A DNA stretch of 64,000 nucleotides, taken from positions 992,001 to 1,056,000 of the forward strand of contig CBDCVR010000015.1 in assembly GCA_965223155.1 (NCBI GenBank), written 5' to 3'. The DNA is from Candidatus Multivoradales bacterium. GTDB taxonomy: Bacteria > Acidobacteriota > Thermoanaerobaculia > Multivoradales > JAHEKO01. Of the stretch, positions 10,401 through 19,573 are shown piece after piece. Position numbers and translations under genes: made by a program. The stretch's first letter is position 1. The number at the start of each line of letters is the position of its first letter. The notes below the pieces were generated by a model, which saw only the letters and a list, made by a program, of their open reading frames with translations, did not search any database and was not told where the DNA came from.

Positions 10401-12253
10401 CGCCTTCCGTCACGACCGCGAAGCTCGGTATCGGCGCGCTCCAGAAACCGGCCGATGCGCTCGGAAAGATGAACGCTCCGGTTGCGCTCTTCGGCGCGCC
10501 AGAAGGGCGCGAAGGCGGCGCCCTTGGCGACCGGAGACACCAGCACATCGCTGTGGGTGATCTTACGGATGCGCCAGGCCTGGGCGCCGAGGGTGAACGT
10601 GTCGCCCAGCGAGCGCTCCCATACGAACTCCTCGTCCAGCTCGCCCAGTCTGGCCATCGATTCGTGATGTCGGAGCCGGAAGTAGCCACGGTCCGGAATC
10701 GTGCCGCCAGCGACATAGAGAAGCCGTTCCGAGCCCCGGCGGGCCAGCACCGTACCCTCGAGGCGGTCGAACGCCAGGCGCGGCTCGAGCTCGCGGATCC
10801 GGCTCTCGGAGTAGCGGCCCGCGAGCATCTCGAGCACCAAATCGAACTGTTTGCGCGGAAGATCCCGATAGGGGTAGCTGGTTCGGATCCGGTCGTAGAG
10901 CTCGTCGACGTTTCGGCTCGTCCCCGCGGTCATCGACAGGATGACCTGGGCCAGGACGTCGAGCGCTCCGCGGACCGGCTCCACCTCTTCGATGTCGTGG
11001 TCCAGGACCGCGCGCGCCACCACTGCCGCATGGATCAGATCCCGACCGAACAAGGGATAGAGCCGGGCGCGGCTGACCTCGCCCACCCGGTGGCCGGCGC
11101 GTCCGACGCGCTGGATGGCCGCCGCGACCGACGGTGGCGTCGCCACCAGCAGGACCTCGTCCAGAGCGCCGATGTCGATTCCCAGCTCGAGCGAGTTGGT
11201 CGCCACGATCGCCTTGAGCCGGCCTTGCTTCAGCCTCTCTTCGACCACGGCCCGGAGCTCACGCGAGAGCGAGCCGTGATGGGAGTAGGCGAGCTCGGCC
11301 GATCCGCCCTCATTCAAGAAGCGGGTAATCTTCTCGGTCGCCCGCCGGCTGTTGGCGAAGAGCAGCGTCGAGCGGTTGGAGCGGATGCGATGCTTGAAGG
11401 CCTCGGTCAGCGACTCCCAGAGGTTTTCGGGAGGTGTCGCGCCCGACCCTTCGTCCCGACCCGGGACGACGTCGACCAGGCCCGCCGGGCGGGACACCTC
11501 GAGGTCGTACACCTTGCGGGCTTCCGAGCGCACCAGGCGAACGTCGCGGCGGGCGTAGACGGCGTGGCCGGCGGTTCGCTCCAGACGCCAGCCGCCGACA
11601 AAGCGCGCGAGCTCGGCGAGCGGCCGCGCGGTCGCCGACAGCGCCAGGCGCTGGAACTCCCCGGAGAGCTCCACCAGCCGGTCCACCGCGGTGATGAGAT
11701 GGGTGCCGCGCTTGCCGCCGGCAATCGCGTGGATCTCGTCCAGGATGACGGTTTCGAGCCCTCCGAAGAGAAGCCGTCCGCGCGGCGAGGTCAGGAGGAT
11801 GTTCAAGCTCTCCGGCGTCGTGATGAGAATTTCGGGCGGCCGGCGCAGCATCTTGCGGCGCTCGCTCTGCGGCGTATCGCCGCTGCGGACCCCGATCCCG
11901 ACCGGCCGCGGCTCGAGGCCGGCCTCGGCGAAGCTCGCTTCGAGCTCGGCGAGCGGCTGGCGCAGGTTGCGCTGGATGTCGTTGTTGAGCGCCTTGAGCG
12001 GTGACAGGTAGAGCACCCGGACGTGGCCGTCCTCGGCCGCCGCCGGCCAGGCTCCGGTCAAGAGCCGATCCAATGCCCAGAGAAAGGCGGTCAGGGTCTT
12101 GCCGCTGCCGGTGGGCGCGGACACCAGAACGTGCTCGCCGGCCGCGATCGGCGGCCAGGCCGCCCGCTGAGCATCGGTGGGCTCGCCGAACCGGGCGGCG
12201 AACCAATCGCTGACGACCGGGTTGAAACCGATCGATTCGAGACTAGCCCCCAT
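7487..12253 (-). CDS. lhr: Lhr-family ATP-dependent helicase (long form, 1588 aa)
   Basis: APTGSGKT, DEIH, LSAT, HHGSLS, LELGIDIG, QRVGRAGH, GGTIPDRG; C-terminal LLDRYGVLFRE and SAADP. Confidence 0.9.
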   Translation of the reverse strand: MGASLESIGFNPVVSDWFAARFGEPTDAQRAAWPPIAAGEHVLVSAPTGSGKTLTAFLWALDRLLTGAWPAAAEDGHVRVLYLSPLKALNNDIQRNLRQPLAELEASFAEAGLEPRPVGIGVRSGDTPQSERRKMLRRPPEILITTPESLNILLTSPRGRLLFGGLETVILDEIHAIAGGKRGTHLITAVDRLVELSGEFQRLALSATARPLAELARFVGGWRLERTAGHAVYARRDVRLVRSEARKVYDLEVSRPAGLVDVVPGRDEGSGATPPENLWESLTEAFKHRIRSNRSTLLFANSRRATEKITRFLNEGGSAELAYSHHGSLSRELRAVVEERLKQGRLKAIVATNSLELGIDIGALDEVLLVATPPSVAAAIQRVGRAGHRVGEVSRARLYPLFGRDLIHAAVVARAVLDHDIEEVEPVRGALDVLAQVILSMTAGTSRNVDELYDRIRTSYPYRDLPRKQFDLVLEMLAGRYSESRIRELEPRLAFDRLEGTVLARRGSERLLYVAGGTIPDRGYFRLRHHESMARLGELDEEFVWERSLGDTFTLGAQAWRIRKITHSDVLVSPVAKGAAFAPFWRAEERNRSVHLSERIGRFLERADTELRGRDGRRNLAQRLVGEHAFEAAAAEALVGFLEEQRLATDGLPHRHRLVAEKLAERETDEGRRAWVLHTGWGGRVNRPLALVLPPAYRALSGQSLEADANNDSLLVLAPDGFEPAAVFEYLATQPLEMMLRTTLEPTGFFGARFRENAGRALLLPRSDLKRRVPLWLQRERGKQLLGTVAKFGDFPIVVETWRTCLEEEFELEALKRFLAEIEQGTLDVVEVATEAPSPFAGDLLWKRTNRLMYLDDSAERDRGTALDKGWLRELVLSAELRPKFPEALLVEFESKLQRTQPGYAPRDDVELVEWVKERWVLPESEWLALTAAVERDRNLDAPGSEADEEEGDDRVGPAATRLVRARWSEPVVCARERLPALVAAFGPPEALESLAGDEAARVEAARVEAARVAAAPADGGLGAGEIVAEWLRFYGPVPAERLRASFGLETERLDALLETLVEDGHVVIDRFRRETDTLEIADAENLERLLRIDRARRRPSLEARPLVDLPLFLATRQGLTARGASSRELQTALGRLLGYPAAARLWETEILPARLDTFYPSWLDSLFQDSDLVWLGCGAETVTFAFPEEVGLLVEPAEPAEVDEVGAAAAVDAADAADAAAAAGSAAGSETDVRPASEATVLPSAAGRFRFEEIVARRDEPSSEVAAALWREAWSGRVSNTTFAALRQGIAQRFRLPGDSASGSRQATRAGAGRRPQTLQGQQSQQSQRNQKSRRRRPTLRQRPDRWRSQAIYAGEWYALDPPTGVEGDALDREEANKDRVRLLLDRYGVLFRELLARELVPLRWGRLFRTLRLMELSGEIVAGQFFEGIAGLQFASHEAVRTLRAGLRRDAIYWLSAADPAAATGLGLEGLRHLAPKRLASTHLVFHGAERVLLSERNGRRLSIEPEADHPRLRDYLGVLGHLLTRPVAPEPRLEVETVNGEPAATSPYAEPFLEVFDGTREGGVLRLRRRYVPTVSSTPTPTAAS
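8252..8287. repeat. 9-bp tandem repeat (GCTCYGCTG family), 4 units, in lhr
   Basis: gctcttctg gttccgctg gctctgctg gctctgctg; reads QQSQQSQRNQKS on the coding strand. Confidence 0.8.
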
Positions 12254-12309
12254 ACACCGCCAACTTTCGGCCGGAAGCCTCTCGAGGCATGCTCTCGTAG
12301 GAAGTGCTG

Positions 12310-14571
12310 CTAGACGCCATCGTCAGGCGACGAATCTACCGCGGCCCGGCGGGCGAGAAGGTAGACCGGGGCCGGGCCCAGCTCCAGCTCGCCGCCTTCG
12401 GGCAGCGGCAACTCGGCGCCGTCCCGGCCGACGATGCGCTCGAGGCGGGAGCGGTCCACCGGTAGCCGGACCCGCGGTTTGCCACTCGTGGCCCACGCCA
12501 CGAAGATCGAGGAGCGGTCGCGCTCGAACTCATAGAGCCGGGTTGACGGCGCCGGCTCGGTCCTCTCGAGGAAGGTCGCGCCGGCCAGCATCGCCTGGAG
12601 GTTCGCCAGGGCGAGAAAGGCGGGGCGCTCGACCAGCCCGCCGCCGTCGGCTTCCGCGCGCCGCATCAGACCGTAACCGCGGGCGACGAGCTGCCACCAG
12701 TAGACCCGCTCGACAAGACCCGAGGTCAGAGTCGCAAGGTAGTAGCGCACCAGGTAGTCGGCCTGGGTCTCCTCATCGACCGCCACCGTGCGCCCGGCGG
12801 GCGAGTGGGGCCCTTCCCAGAGCGGCCAGTTGACCTCGGTGATCCAGCAGCGACCCGAGGACCGTTTGCCGGTGGCGGCAATGGCTTTGAGGAGCGCGGC
12901 CTTGCCCACCGTGTCGAAGCCGAGCTGCTTGGCCTCGGGCGCGCCGCGCCGATCCACGTAGAGAAGGGCTGTCACGACGTCGAAGTTCACCCCGGCGCCG
13001 GCGGGCGAGGCCATGTTGAGCACCGCGGCCGTCGCCTGGAACTCGAAATCGATCACCGCGGGACCCAGGACCTGGACGTCCGGATGGCGCGTCAGCTCCT
13101 CCCGGGCGATCGCGGCCAACGCGAGGTACTCGTCGTAGTTCCAGATGCCCCACTTGGAACGGTTGATCGCTTGGCCCACCTGGAAGCTCCGGCCGTAGGG
13201 AACGAAGCGCTCGGCCAGCAAGCGCACCGCGTCGCGCCAACGCTTCGGATCCCGCACCAGCTCGCGATCTTGCGGCAGAGCGAAGGCCAGATCCAACCCG
13301 GCTTCAGCGAGGGTCCGGGCCAGCCTCTCTTCCACGTCGTGGCTCTCTTGCCAGGGATGAAGACGCAGCAGAACCTGGCCGACGCCCAGACGGCGAAGCG
13401 CCGCCAGCAGCAGCTCGGAACCATTGGCGACCCCTTCGAGCGGGCGTAGCGCAACACCGGCGCCCGGCCAGGGTCGCGGGCCCACCTGCGCCTGGCCGGC
13501 GAGAGCCCGGTAGCTCGCCACCACCCGCGGTGCCGCCGCCAGAACCGCCGCTGCCGCCCGCGCGTGGGCACCGGCGTCGGCCAGGCGGATGAGGAGCTGC
13601 TCTCGCCGCCCGGCGTGTTGGTGCGGCTGGTCCGACAACTCGTCCCATACCGATTTGTCGCGGGCGCCGGCGTCGGCGGGCGGGGCCGGAATGTGAGCGT
13701 AGGCCTCGCGCTGGACAAGCCGAGCCTTGAGCCAGCGACCCGGCTTGCGCAGGCGCGGCTTCCACCGGTTCTTGGCCAGAAATCCCCACTGAAGCACCCG
13801 GTAGACGAGGCCGCTGGGCGAGTCGAGGGAGATGTCGCCGCCCCAGTAGGCCCGCCAGAAGCGCTGGCGATCGCCCCCGGCCAAGATCGGCAATCGGCAC
13901 AAGTCGCGTAACCGGCGCAGGCGCGAAACCGGGCCTAGCCGGCCGCGGTCGAGATCGATCAGGGCCAGGCGCTCCGGCGGCAAGGCTCCTCCCTCGATCA
14001 GAACGTTGCCGATCGAAAGGTCCCTGTGCCACAGGCCCGCCTGGTGAACTTTGGCGAAGAGGCCGCCCACGGCCGAAAAAAACGCCGCCCGGTCGATCTC
14101 GGGAAATTGCTCCCGCTCCTCGCCCGCGGCGATCGCCCGAAAGTAGTAGCGGCTCTCGACGAAATCGGTCAGTAGCTCGCTGACGTAGAGCGAGGGGCCA
14201 CCGATCGTCGTCGCTTCGATCCAAGCCAGCGGCCGCGGAGTCCGGATGCCGGCGGCTTCGAGCGTCCGGGCCGCGCGCCAGCTCCTGGCCGCCTTGCTGT
14301 CGTCACGGCCTTGCCGCCGGCGGGCGCGGCGGCTCTGGTTCCGGAACAGCTTGACCGCGACCGTCTGTGGCCCGTCCGGGCCCGAGACCCGCGCCGTGTA
14401 CAGATAGTCACGTCCCCAGTGCAGGGTCTCGAGAGCCTGGCCCGGGTCGGTCAGGACGTCGAGTGCCCCGCCAAGCCGGTCCGGGGAAAGCGCCCGCCGG
14501 TCGAGCTCGCCGCGCCAGTCCTCGAACCGGAACGGCTGCACCGCCGGGCTCTGCGCGCTACCAATCTCCAT
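12310..14571 (-). CDS. Kdo/WaaP/InaA-family kinase fused to a glycoside-hydrolase-like TIM barrel
   Basis: N-terminal VAVKLF, HRDLSIGNVLI, LIDLD; C-terminal FQVGQAINRSKWG, WITEVNWP, YWWQL. Confidence 0.7.
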   Translation of the reverse strand: MEIGSAQSPAVQPFRFEDWRGELDRRALSPDRLGGALDVLTDPGQALETLHWGRDYLYTARVSGPDGPQTVAVKLFRNQSRRARRRQGRDDSKAARSWRAARTLEAAGIRTPRPLAWIEATTIGGPSLYVSELLTDFVESRYYFRAIAAGEEREQFPEIDRAAFFSAVGGLFAKVHQAGLWHRDLSIGNVLIEGGALPPERLALIDLDRGRLGPVSRLRRLRDLCRLPILAGGDRQRFWRAYWGGDISLDSPSGLVYRVLQWGFLAKNRWKPRLRKPGRWLKARLVQREAYAHIPAPPADAGARDKSVWDELSDQPHQHAGRREQLLIRLADAGAHARAAAAVLAAAPRVVASYRALAGQAQVGPRPWPGAGVALRPLEGVANGSELLLAALRRLGVGQVLLRLHPWQESHDVEERLARTLAEAGLDLAFALPQDRELVRDPKRWRDAVRLLAERFVPYGRSFQVGQAINRSKWGIWNYDEYLALAAIAREELTRHPDVQVLGPAVIDFEFQATAAVLNMASPAGAGVNFDVVTALLYVDRRGAPEAKQLGFDTVGKAALLKAIAATGKRSSGRCWITEVNWPLWEGPHSPAGRTVAVDEETQADYLVRYYLATLTSGLVERVYWWQLVARGYGLMRRAEADGGGLVERPAFLALANLQAMLAGATFLERTEPAPSTRLYEFERDRSSIFVAWATSGKPRVRLPVDRSRLERIVGRDGAELPLPEGGELELGPAPVYLLARRAAVDSSPDDGV

Positions 14572-14674
14572 TAATGCCTCATCCAGGCCCGGCTCGCCGG
14601 CGCCGCCGCGATGCCCGCCTGGTCCGATCTTCTCACCGGAATCGTGGTTCGCGGATTCCGATGGAAGGCTCCGG

Positions 14675-16192
14675 CTACGCCTCGCTGATTTGGTATTCCT
14701 CGTAGTGCAGGGTCGCCTCGCCTTCGATCACCAGCTGATCGCCGAGCGCCTCGAGGAGCTCGTTCAGCACCTCGCTGTGCTCACCGGCGAGCGAAGCCTC
14801 GACCTCGGGGTGCACCCGCACCAGCAGCCGCCGATCCTCCAGGTGGCCGGCGCGGGTGAGGATCTCGGAACGGAGCTTGAGAGCGATCGTCGCGACCGAC
14901 TTGATCCGCCCGCTGCCCTGGCAAGTGGGACAGGGCCGGGTGAGAAGACGGCTCAGATTCTCGCGGCTGCGCTTGCGGGTGATCTCCACCAGACCGAACT
15001 CGGACAGGTTCAGGACTTGGTGCTTGGCCCGGTCCTTCTTGAGCTCCATGCGTAGAGCCTCGAAGACCCGCTCTCGATTTTCGGGCTCGGACATGTCGAT
15101 CAGGTCGACCACGATGATGCCGCTCAAGTCGCGCAGCCGGATCTGGCGCACGATCTCGACCACCGCCTCCAGATTCGTCTGAAGCACGGTCGATTCGAGA
15201 TCCTTGCGTCCCACGAAGCGGCCGGTGTTGACGTCGATCGCGACCAGGGCCTCGGTGGGATGGATGACGATGTAGCCGCCCGAGCGGAGCCAGACCTTGC
15301 TGCGCAGCGCCGCCTCGATCTCACGCTCGATGCCCAGCGCCTCGAAGAGCGAGGTGTCCTCCCGCCAGAGGCGCACTCGATCCACAAGATGCGGCGCCCG
15401 CACCGACAGGAAGGAAACGATGGCTTCATAGCTTCCGGCGCCGTCGACCAGGAGCTCCTCGATCGTGCGGGTGAAGCGGTCGCGCACGATACGCAAGGCT
15501 AAGTCTTCCTCGCCGTGGAGCAGAGCCGGAGCGGCGCTCTTGCTGGCGTCCGCGCCAATGCGGCGCCAGCGCTGGACCAGCCCCTCGAGGTCCCGCTCGA
15601 AGTCCTCCCGCCCCTTGCCGCTGCCGGCGGTGCGGACGATCAAGCCGCCCGCGGCGCCGTCCAGGGTCTCAAGAATCTCGCGCAGCCGCTCGCGCTCGCC
15701 GTCCTCTTGGATCCGACGCGAGATGCCGTGGCTCGAGACCGTCGGGGCATAAACCAGGTAGCGACCGGGCAAGGTCACCTCGGTGGTAATGCGGGCTCCC
15801 TTGTTGGGCAGTGGCGCCTTGACCACCTGCACCACCAGCTCTTCTCCGACCGACACCAACTCCTGAATGGGCGGTACGACCACCGGCGGAAATTCTTGGG
15901 TCTGGGGGTCGGCATCGGCGAGCTCGTCGCGCACGTCTAGGGCCTCGCGAATGTCTCCGGCATAAAGAAACGCGTCGCGCGCGAGGCCGATATCCACGAA
16001 CGCTGCCTGCATGCCGGGCAGGATCCTCGAGACCCGGCCCTTGTAGACGTTGCCCACGACGCTCCGGCTCCGCCGCCGCTCCAGGTGGATCTCGGTCAGG
16101 CGCCCTTCTTCGAGTACCGCCACGCGGATCTGGTGGGGATCGCTTTCGACCAGAAGCTGCTGGCCGGGTGCCGCGCGGTTAGCGGTTGACAT
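14675..16192 (-). CDS. rng: Ribonuclease G (Rne/Rng family)
   Basis: GNVYKGRV, PGMQAAFVDIG, AIDVNTG, RLRDLSGIIVVD, CPTCQGSG; start overlaps the rodA 3' end. Confidence 0.92.
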   Translation of the reverse strand: MSTANRAAPGQQLLVESDPHQIRVAVLEEGRLTEIHLERRRSRSVVGNVYKGRVSRILPGMQAAFVDIGLARDAFLYAGDIREALDVRDELADADPQTQEFPPVVVPPIQELVSVGEELVVQVVKAPLPNKGARITTEVTLPGRYLVYAPTVSSHGISRRIQEDGERERLREILETLDGAAGGLIVRTAGSGKGREDFERDLEGLVQRWRRIGADASKSAAPALLHGEEDLALRIVRDRFTRTIEELLVDGAGSYEAIVSFLSVRAPHLVDRVRLWREDTSLFEALGIEREIEAALRSKVWLRSGGYIVIHPTEALVAIDVNTGRFVGRKDLESTVLQTNLEAVVEIVRQIRLRDLSGIIVVDLIDMSEPENRERVFEALRMELKKDRAKHQVLNLSEFGLVEITRKRSRENLSRLLTRPCPTCQGSGRIKSVATIALKLRSEILTRAGHLEDRRLLVRVHPEVEASLAGEHSEVLNELLEALGDQLVIEGEATLHYEEYQISEA

Positions 16193-17321
16193 GGCGGCGA
16201 AAGTCGATGCCCAAGAGCATTCCCACGGCGATGAAGTTGGCCACGATGAACGAGCCGCCGTAGGACAGAAAGGGCAGCGGGATGCCGGTGATCGGCAGCA
16301 GCCCGACCACCATAGCGGTGTTGTAGACAACGTGGAACGAGAACAACGACAGCAATCCCACCACCAGCAGAATGGCGGTTCGGTCCCGGGCACGAGCCGC
16401 CACCGACAAGCCGCTGGTCACGTAGATCGCGAACAGAACGAAAGCCGCAATGACCCCCATGAAGCCCCACTCCTCGGCCAGCACAGCAAAGACGAAGTCG
16501 GTATGCCGCGCGGGAAGGAAGCGCAGCTGGCTCTGGGTGCCCTGCATGTAGCCGCGGCCGGTGAGCATGCCCGAGCCGACTGCGATCTTGCTCTGCTGCA
16601 ACTGATAGCCCGCCGCCAGCGGATCGCTTCCTGGCGAGAGAAAGGTCTTGACCCGCGCTCGCTGGTAGTCGAGCATCGCGAAGTTCCAGAGCAAGGCCGC
16701 CACTAGCGCCAGGACCACCGTCGCCGCCGCCAGAACGCGCCAGCGCACGCCACCGACCAGGAGCATTCCGGCCAAGATCGGCGCGAACATGGCGGCACCG
16801 CCCAGATCGCGCTCGAGCGCCACCAGGACCATCGGCACGCCGGCGATGGCCATGGCCAAGCCGATCTGGCGCACGCCCAGGAATCGCCGGTTGATGCCGG
16901 CCAGATAGCGGGCGAGAAGCAACGCGGTCGCCAGCTTGGCGAAATCCGAGGGTTGGAGTTGAGCGGTGCCGATCCTGAGCCAGCTTCGCGCGCCGCCGGC
17001 CTCGCTGCCGACCACGAGCACCACCACCAGAAGCCCGAGAGCCGCACCATAGATCGGCACCGAGAACTTAGTCAGCACCTGATAGTCGATGCTGAAGACG
17101 ATAACGAACGCCACCAGCCCAAGACCGATGCGCAGGGCTTGGCGCGGCAGGTAGTCGACGCCCATCTCCGAGCTGGCGCTATGGATAGTCGCAAGCCCAA
17201 TGCCCGACAAGAGGAGCGCCGCCACCAGGAGCCCCCAGCGCAACCCAACCAGGTGTCTGAGCGACAGTTGCTCGTCAGGAAAGGTCGAGATGTTAGCCAG
17301 CCGTGCCGAAGTGTTTCTCAT
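16179..17321 (-). CDS. rodA: Rod shape-determining SEDS protein RodA
   Basis: GARSW, QPSDFAK, GYQLQQS, HTDFVFAVLAEEWG, PITGIPLPFLSYGGS; start uncertain. Confidence 0.92.
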   Translation of the reverse strand: MRNTSARLANISTFPDEQLSLRHLVGLRWGLLVAALLLSGIGLATIHSASSEMGVDYLPRQALRIGLGLVAFVIVFSIDYQVLTKFSVPIYGAALGLLVVVLVVGSEAGGARSWLRIGTAQLQPSDFAKLATALLLARYLAGINRRFLGVRQIGLAMAIAGVPMVLVALERDLGGAAMFAPILAGMLLVGGVRWRVLAAATVVLALVAALLWNFAMLDYQRARVKTFLSPGSDPLAAGYQLQQSKIAVGSGMLTGRGYMQGTQSQLRFLPARHTDFVFAVLAEEWGFMGVIAAFVLFAIYVTSGLSVAARARDRTAILLVVGLLSLFSFHVVYNTAMVVGLLPITGIPLPFLSYGGSFIVANFIAVGMLLGIDFRRHVNR

Positions 17322-19059
17322 AGAGAATCCGCGCCAGCGGCGCCGCCTGTTCCGAGCCCTTGCCGCCATGCTCGACGAAGACCACGACCACGAGCTCGGG
17401 GTCGTCCGAGGGCGCGTAGGACGCGAACCAGGCGTGATCGCGTTTCTCGAACGGCAGCGTGGCGCTATCGGTCCAGGTCTTTTGCTCGACGACCTGCACG
17501 GTTCCGGTCTTGCCCGAGACCTCGACCACCGGCGTCGATGCTTGGGCGCCGGTGCCCCGGTCGTTGACCACCGCCCACAGAGCCCGGCGCACGACCTCGA
17601 GCGCCACCCGATCGACCTCGACAGGCGCGGCGGGCTGGGCCGAGCCGCGCACCAGGTGAGGCGTCACCCGCTCGCCGCCGTTGGCAACAACGGCCATGAC
17701 CGAAGCCAATTGCAGCGGCGTCACCAAGAGCGGCCCCTGGCCGATGGCGACCGAGATGGTCTCGCCCGGGTACCACTTGGTCTTGCGCGCCCGCAGGCTC
17801 CAGTCCGGATCCGGCACCAGGCCGGTGCGCTCGCCCAGGAGATCCACGCCGGTCGCGGTACCCAACCCGAAGAGCCGCGCATAGCGGGCGATGGTCTCGA
17901 TGCCGAGCTTCTGACCCAGGTGGTAGAAGTAGACGTCGCACGAGAACTTGATGGCGTCGTGAAGATCGACCCAGCCGTGCCCGGCGGGCTTCCAGCACCG
18001 AAACCGTCGGTTGTAGATGCGGGTCGAGCCGGGGCAATAGTAGCGGTCGCTGGTGGTCACCGTGCCCTCGGTCAGGCCGGCGGCGGCAACGATGATCTTG
18101 AAGGTGGAACCAGGCGAGAAGAGATTCTGGACCACCCGGTTCTGGAGCGGATCGTTGGCGGCGTCGACGATGGTGCGCCACTGGCTGCGATCCAGCCGCC
18201 GGGCGAAGAGGTTGGGATCGTACGAGGGCGCCGAGACGTAGGCCAGGATCTCGCCCGAACGCGGATCCAGAGCCACGGCCGCGCCGACGCGGTCGGCAAA
18301 GTACCGCGCCGCTTCCTGCTGGAGGTCGAGATCCAAGGTGAGAGTGAGATCACGGCCGGGAGCCGCGCGGCGGCTGCCATGCTCGTCGCGTAGCCGTCCG
18401 CGACTGTCCACCACCACGACGCGCTCCCCGTCCTGACCGCGCAGCGCCTCGTCGTTGCTCTTTTCCAGACCGCGCCGGCCCACCAGGTCGCCGGCGTCGA
18501 GGGTCTCGTCTTCTGCGAGCTCGGTCTCGGTCACCTCGCCCAGGTAGCCCAGAACGTGAGCGGTCAGCGGACCGTGCCGGTAAAGCCGCACATGTCCCAC
18601 CTCGATCTCGAATTCCGGATGCTCGAAGGCTTCGACCGAAAACCGCGCTACCTGGGAAAGAGACAGATCCTCGGCCAGCAGCAGCGCCCGGAAGGGCGAC
18701 CCGCTGCGCGACCGCTCGACGACTTGGCGCAGCTCCTCGACCGGCCGGTCGAGTGCCGTGGCGGCAAAGGCCAGGCTGCCGTCGAGATCGCGCACCCGGC
18801 TCCGGTCCAGGTGCAGATCGTAACGGGGCACGTTGTCCGCCAGCAGCCGTCCCTCACGATCGAAAATCAGGCCCCGGGCGGCACGCACCGACGCCTTGCG
18901 CAGCCGGTTGTTCTCCGCCCGCTCGCGATAGTGCGAACCGTGAACCACCTGCACGAACCAGTAGAACGAGGCAATCCCGCAAACAACGACCAGGAAGGCC
19001 ACGCGCAGGCCGGGCAGGCGCCGTACCAGATCCTCCCGGTGTTCGCGTACCTCCATCAT
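17293..19059 (-). CDS. mrdA: Penicillin-binding protein 2
   Basis: RGLIFDR, PGSTFK (SxxK), SCDVYFY, GKTGT, DHAWF; located in the mre operon. Confidence 0.93.
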   Translation of the reverse strand: MMEVREHREDLVRRLPGLRVAFLVVVCGIASFYWFVQVVHGSHYRERAENNRLRKASVRAARGLIFDREGRLLADNVPRYDLHLDRSRVRDLDGSLAFAATALDRPVEELRQVVERSRSGSPFRALLLAEDLSLSQVARFSVEAFEHPEFEIEVGHVRLYRHGPLTAHVLGYLGEVTETELAEDETLDAGDLVGRRGLEKSNDEALRGQDGERVVVVDSRGRLRDEHGSRRAAPGRDLTLTLDLDLQQEAARYFADRVGAAVALDPRSGEILAYVSAPSYDPNLFARRLDRSQWRTIVDAANDPLQNRVVQNLFSPGSTFKIIVAAAGLTEGTVTTSDRYYCPGSTRIYNRRFRCWKPAGHGWVDLHDAIKFSCDVYFYHLGQKLGIETIARYARLFGLGTATGVDLLGERTGLVPDPDWSLRARKTKWYPGETISVAIGQGPLLVTPLQLASVMAVVANGGERVTPHLVRGSAQPAAPVEVDRVALEVVRRALWAVVNDRGTGAQASTPVVEVSGKTGTVQVVEQKTWTDSATLPFEKRDHAWFASYAPSDDPELVVVVFVEHGGKGSEQAAPLARILYEKHFGTAG

Positions 19060-19063
19060 CGAT

Positions 19064-19573
19064 TCAGCGCAGCTTCGCGGTCCGGTTCCGCCGCCAGGTG
19101 CCGAGCCAGAGCTTCATCCGGCCCGCCAGGAGGAAGCCGATCGCGCCCACCGCTCCGGTCAGCAATAGTTTCACGCCCGGCGCCAACGGCCCTGGCACAA
19201 AGCCCCCGGGCAGGAGCAGAAGGGACAAGGCCACCAAGACCAGCTGCTGGAGCGCCGCTCCACCGGCGAACAGCAAGAAGACGCCGCTGGAACGCTGGAT
19301 CACCAGCTTCTGGGAAGCCACCGCCGTGGCATAGCCGAGCAGCGTGTCGGCAAACCCGTGAAGCCCGAAAAGACCACCGGTCGCCGCATCCGCAGCCCAG
19401 CCGGCAACCAAACCACCGGCAAGCCCTGAGGCTGGGCGGCCGGTCAAGCCAACGAACAGGACCACCAAGAGAAAGGGATCGAGGTAGGAGGAAAGGCCCG
19501 CCACGAGGCGCTCACCCGCGAAGTGGACTCCAGTCGCCACCAGCAGCCCGACCAAGAATTCCAGGATCCTCAC
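19064..19573 (-). CDS. mreD: Rod shape-determining protein MreD
   Basis: 169-aa polytopic membrane protein between mreC and mrdA. Confidence 0.8.
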   Translation of the reverse strand: MRILEFLVGLLVATGVHFAGERLVAGLSSYLDPFLLVVLFVGLTGRPASGLAGGLVAGWAADAATGGLFGLHGFADTLLGYATAVASQKLVIQRSSGVFLLFAGGAALQQLVLVALSLLLLPGGFVPGPLAPGVKLLLTGAVGAIGFLLAGRMKLWLGTWRRNRTAKLR

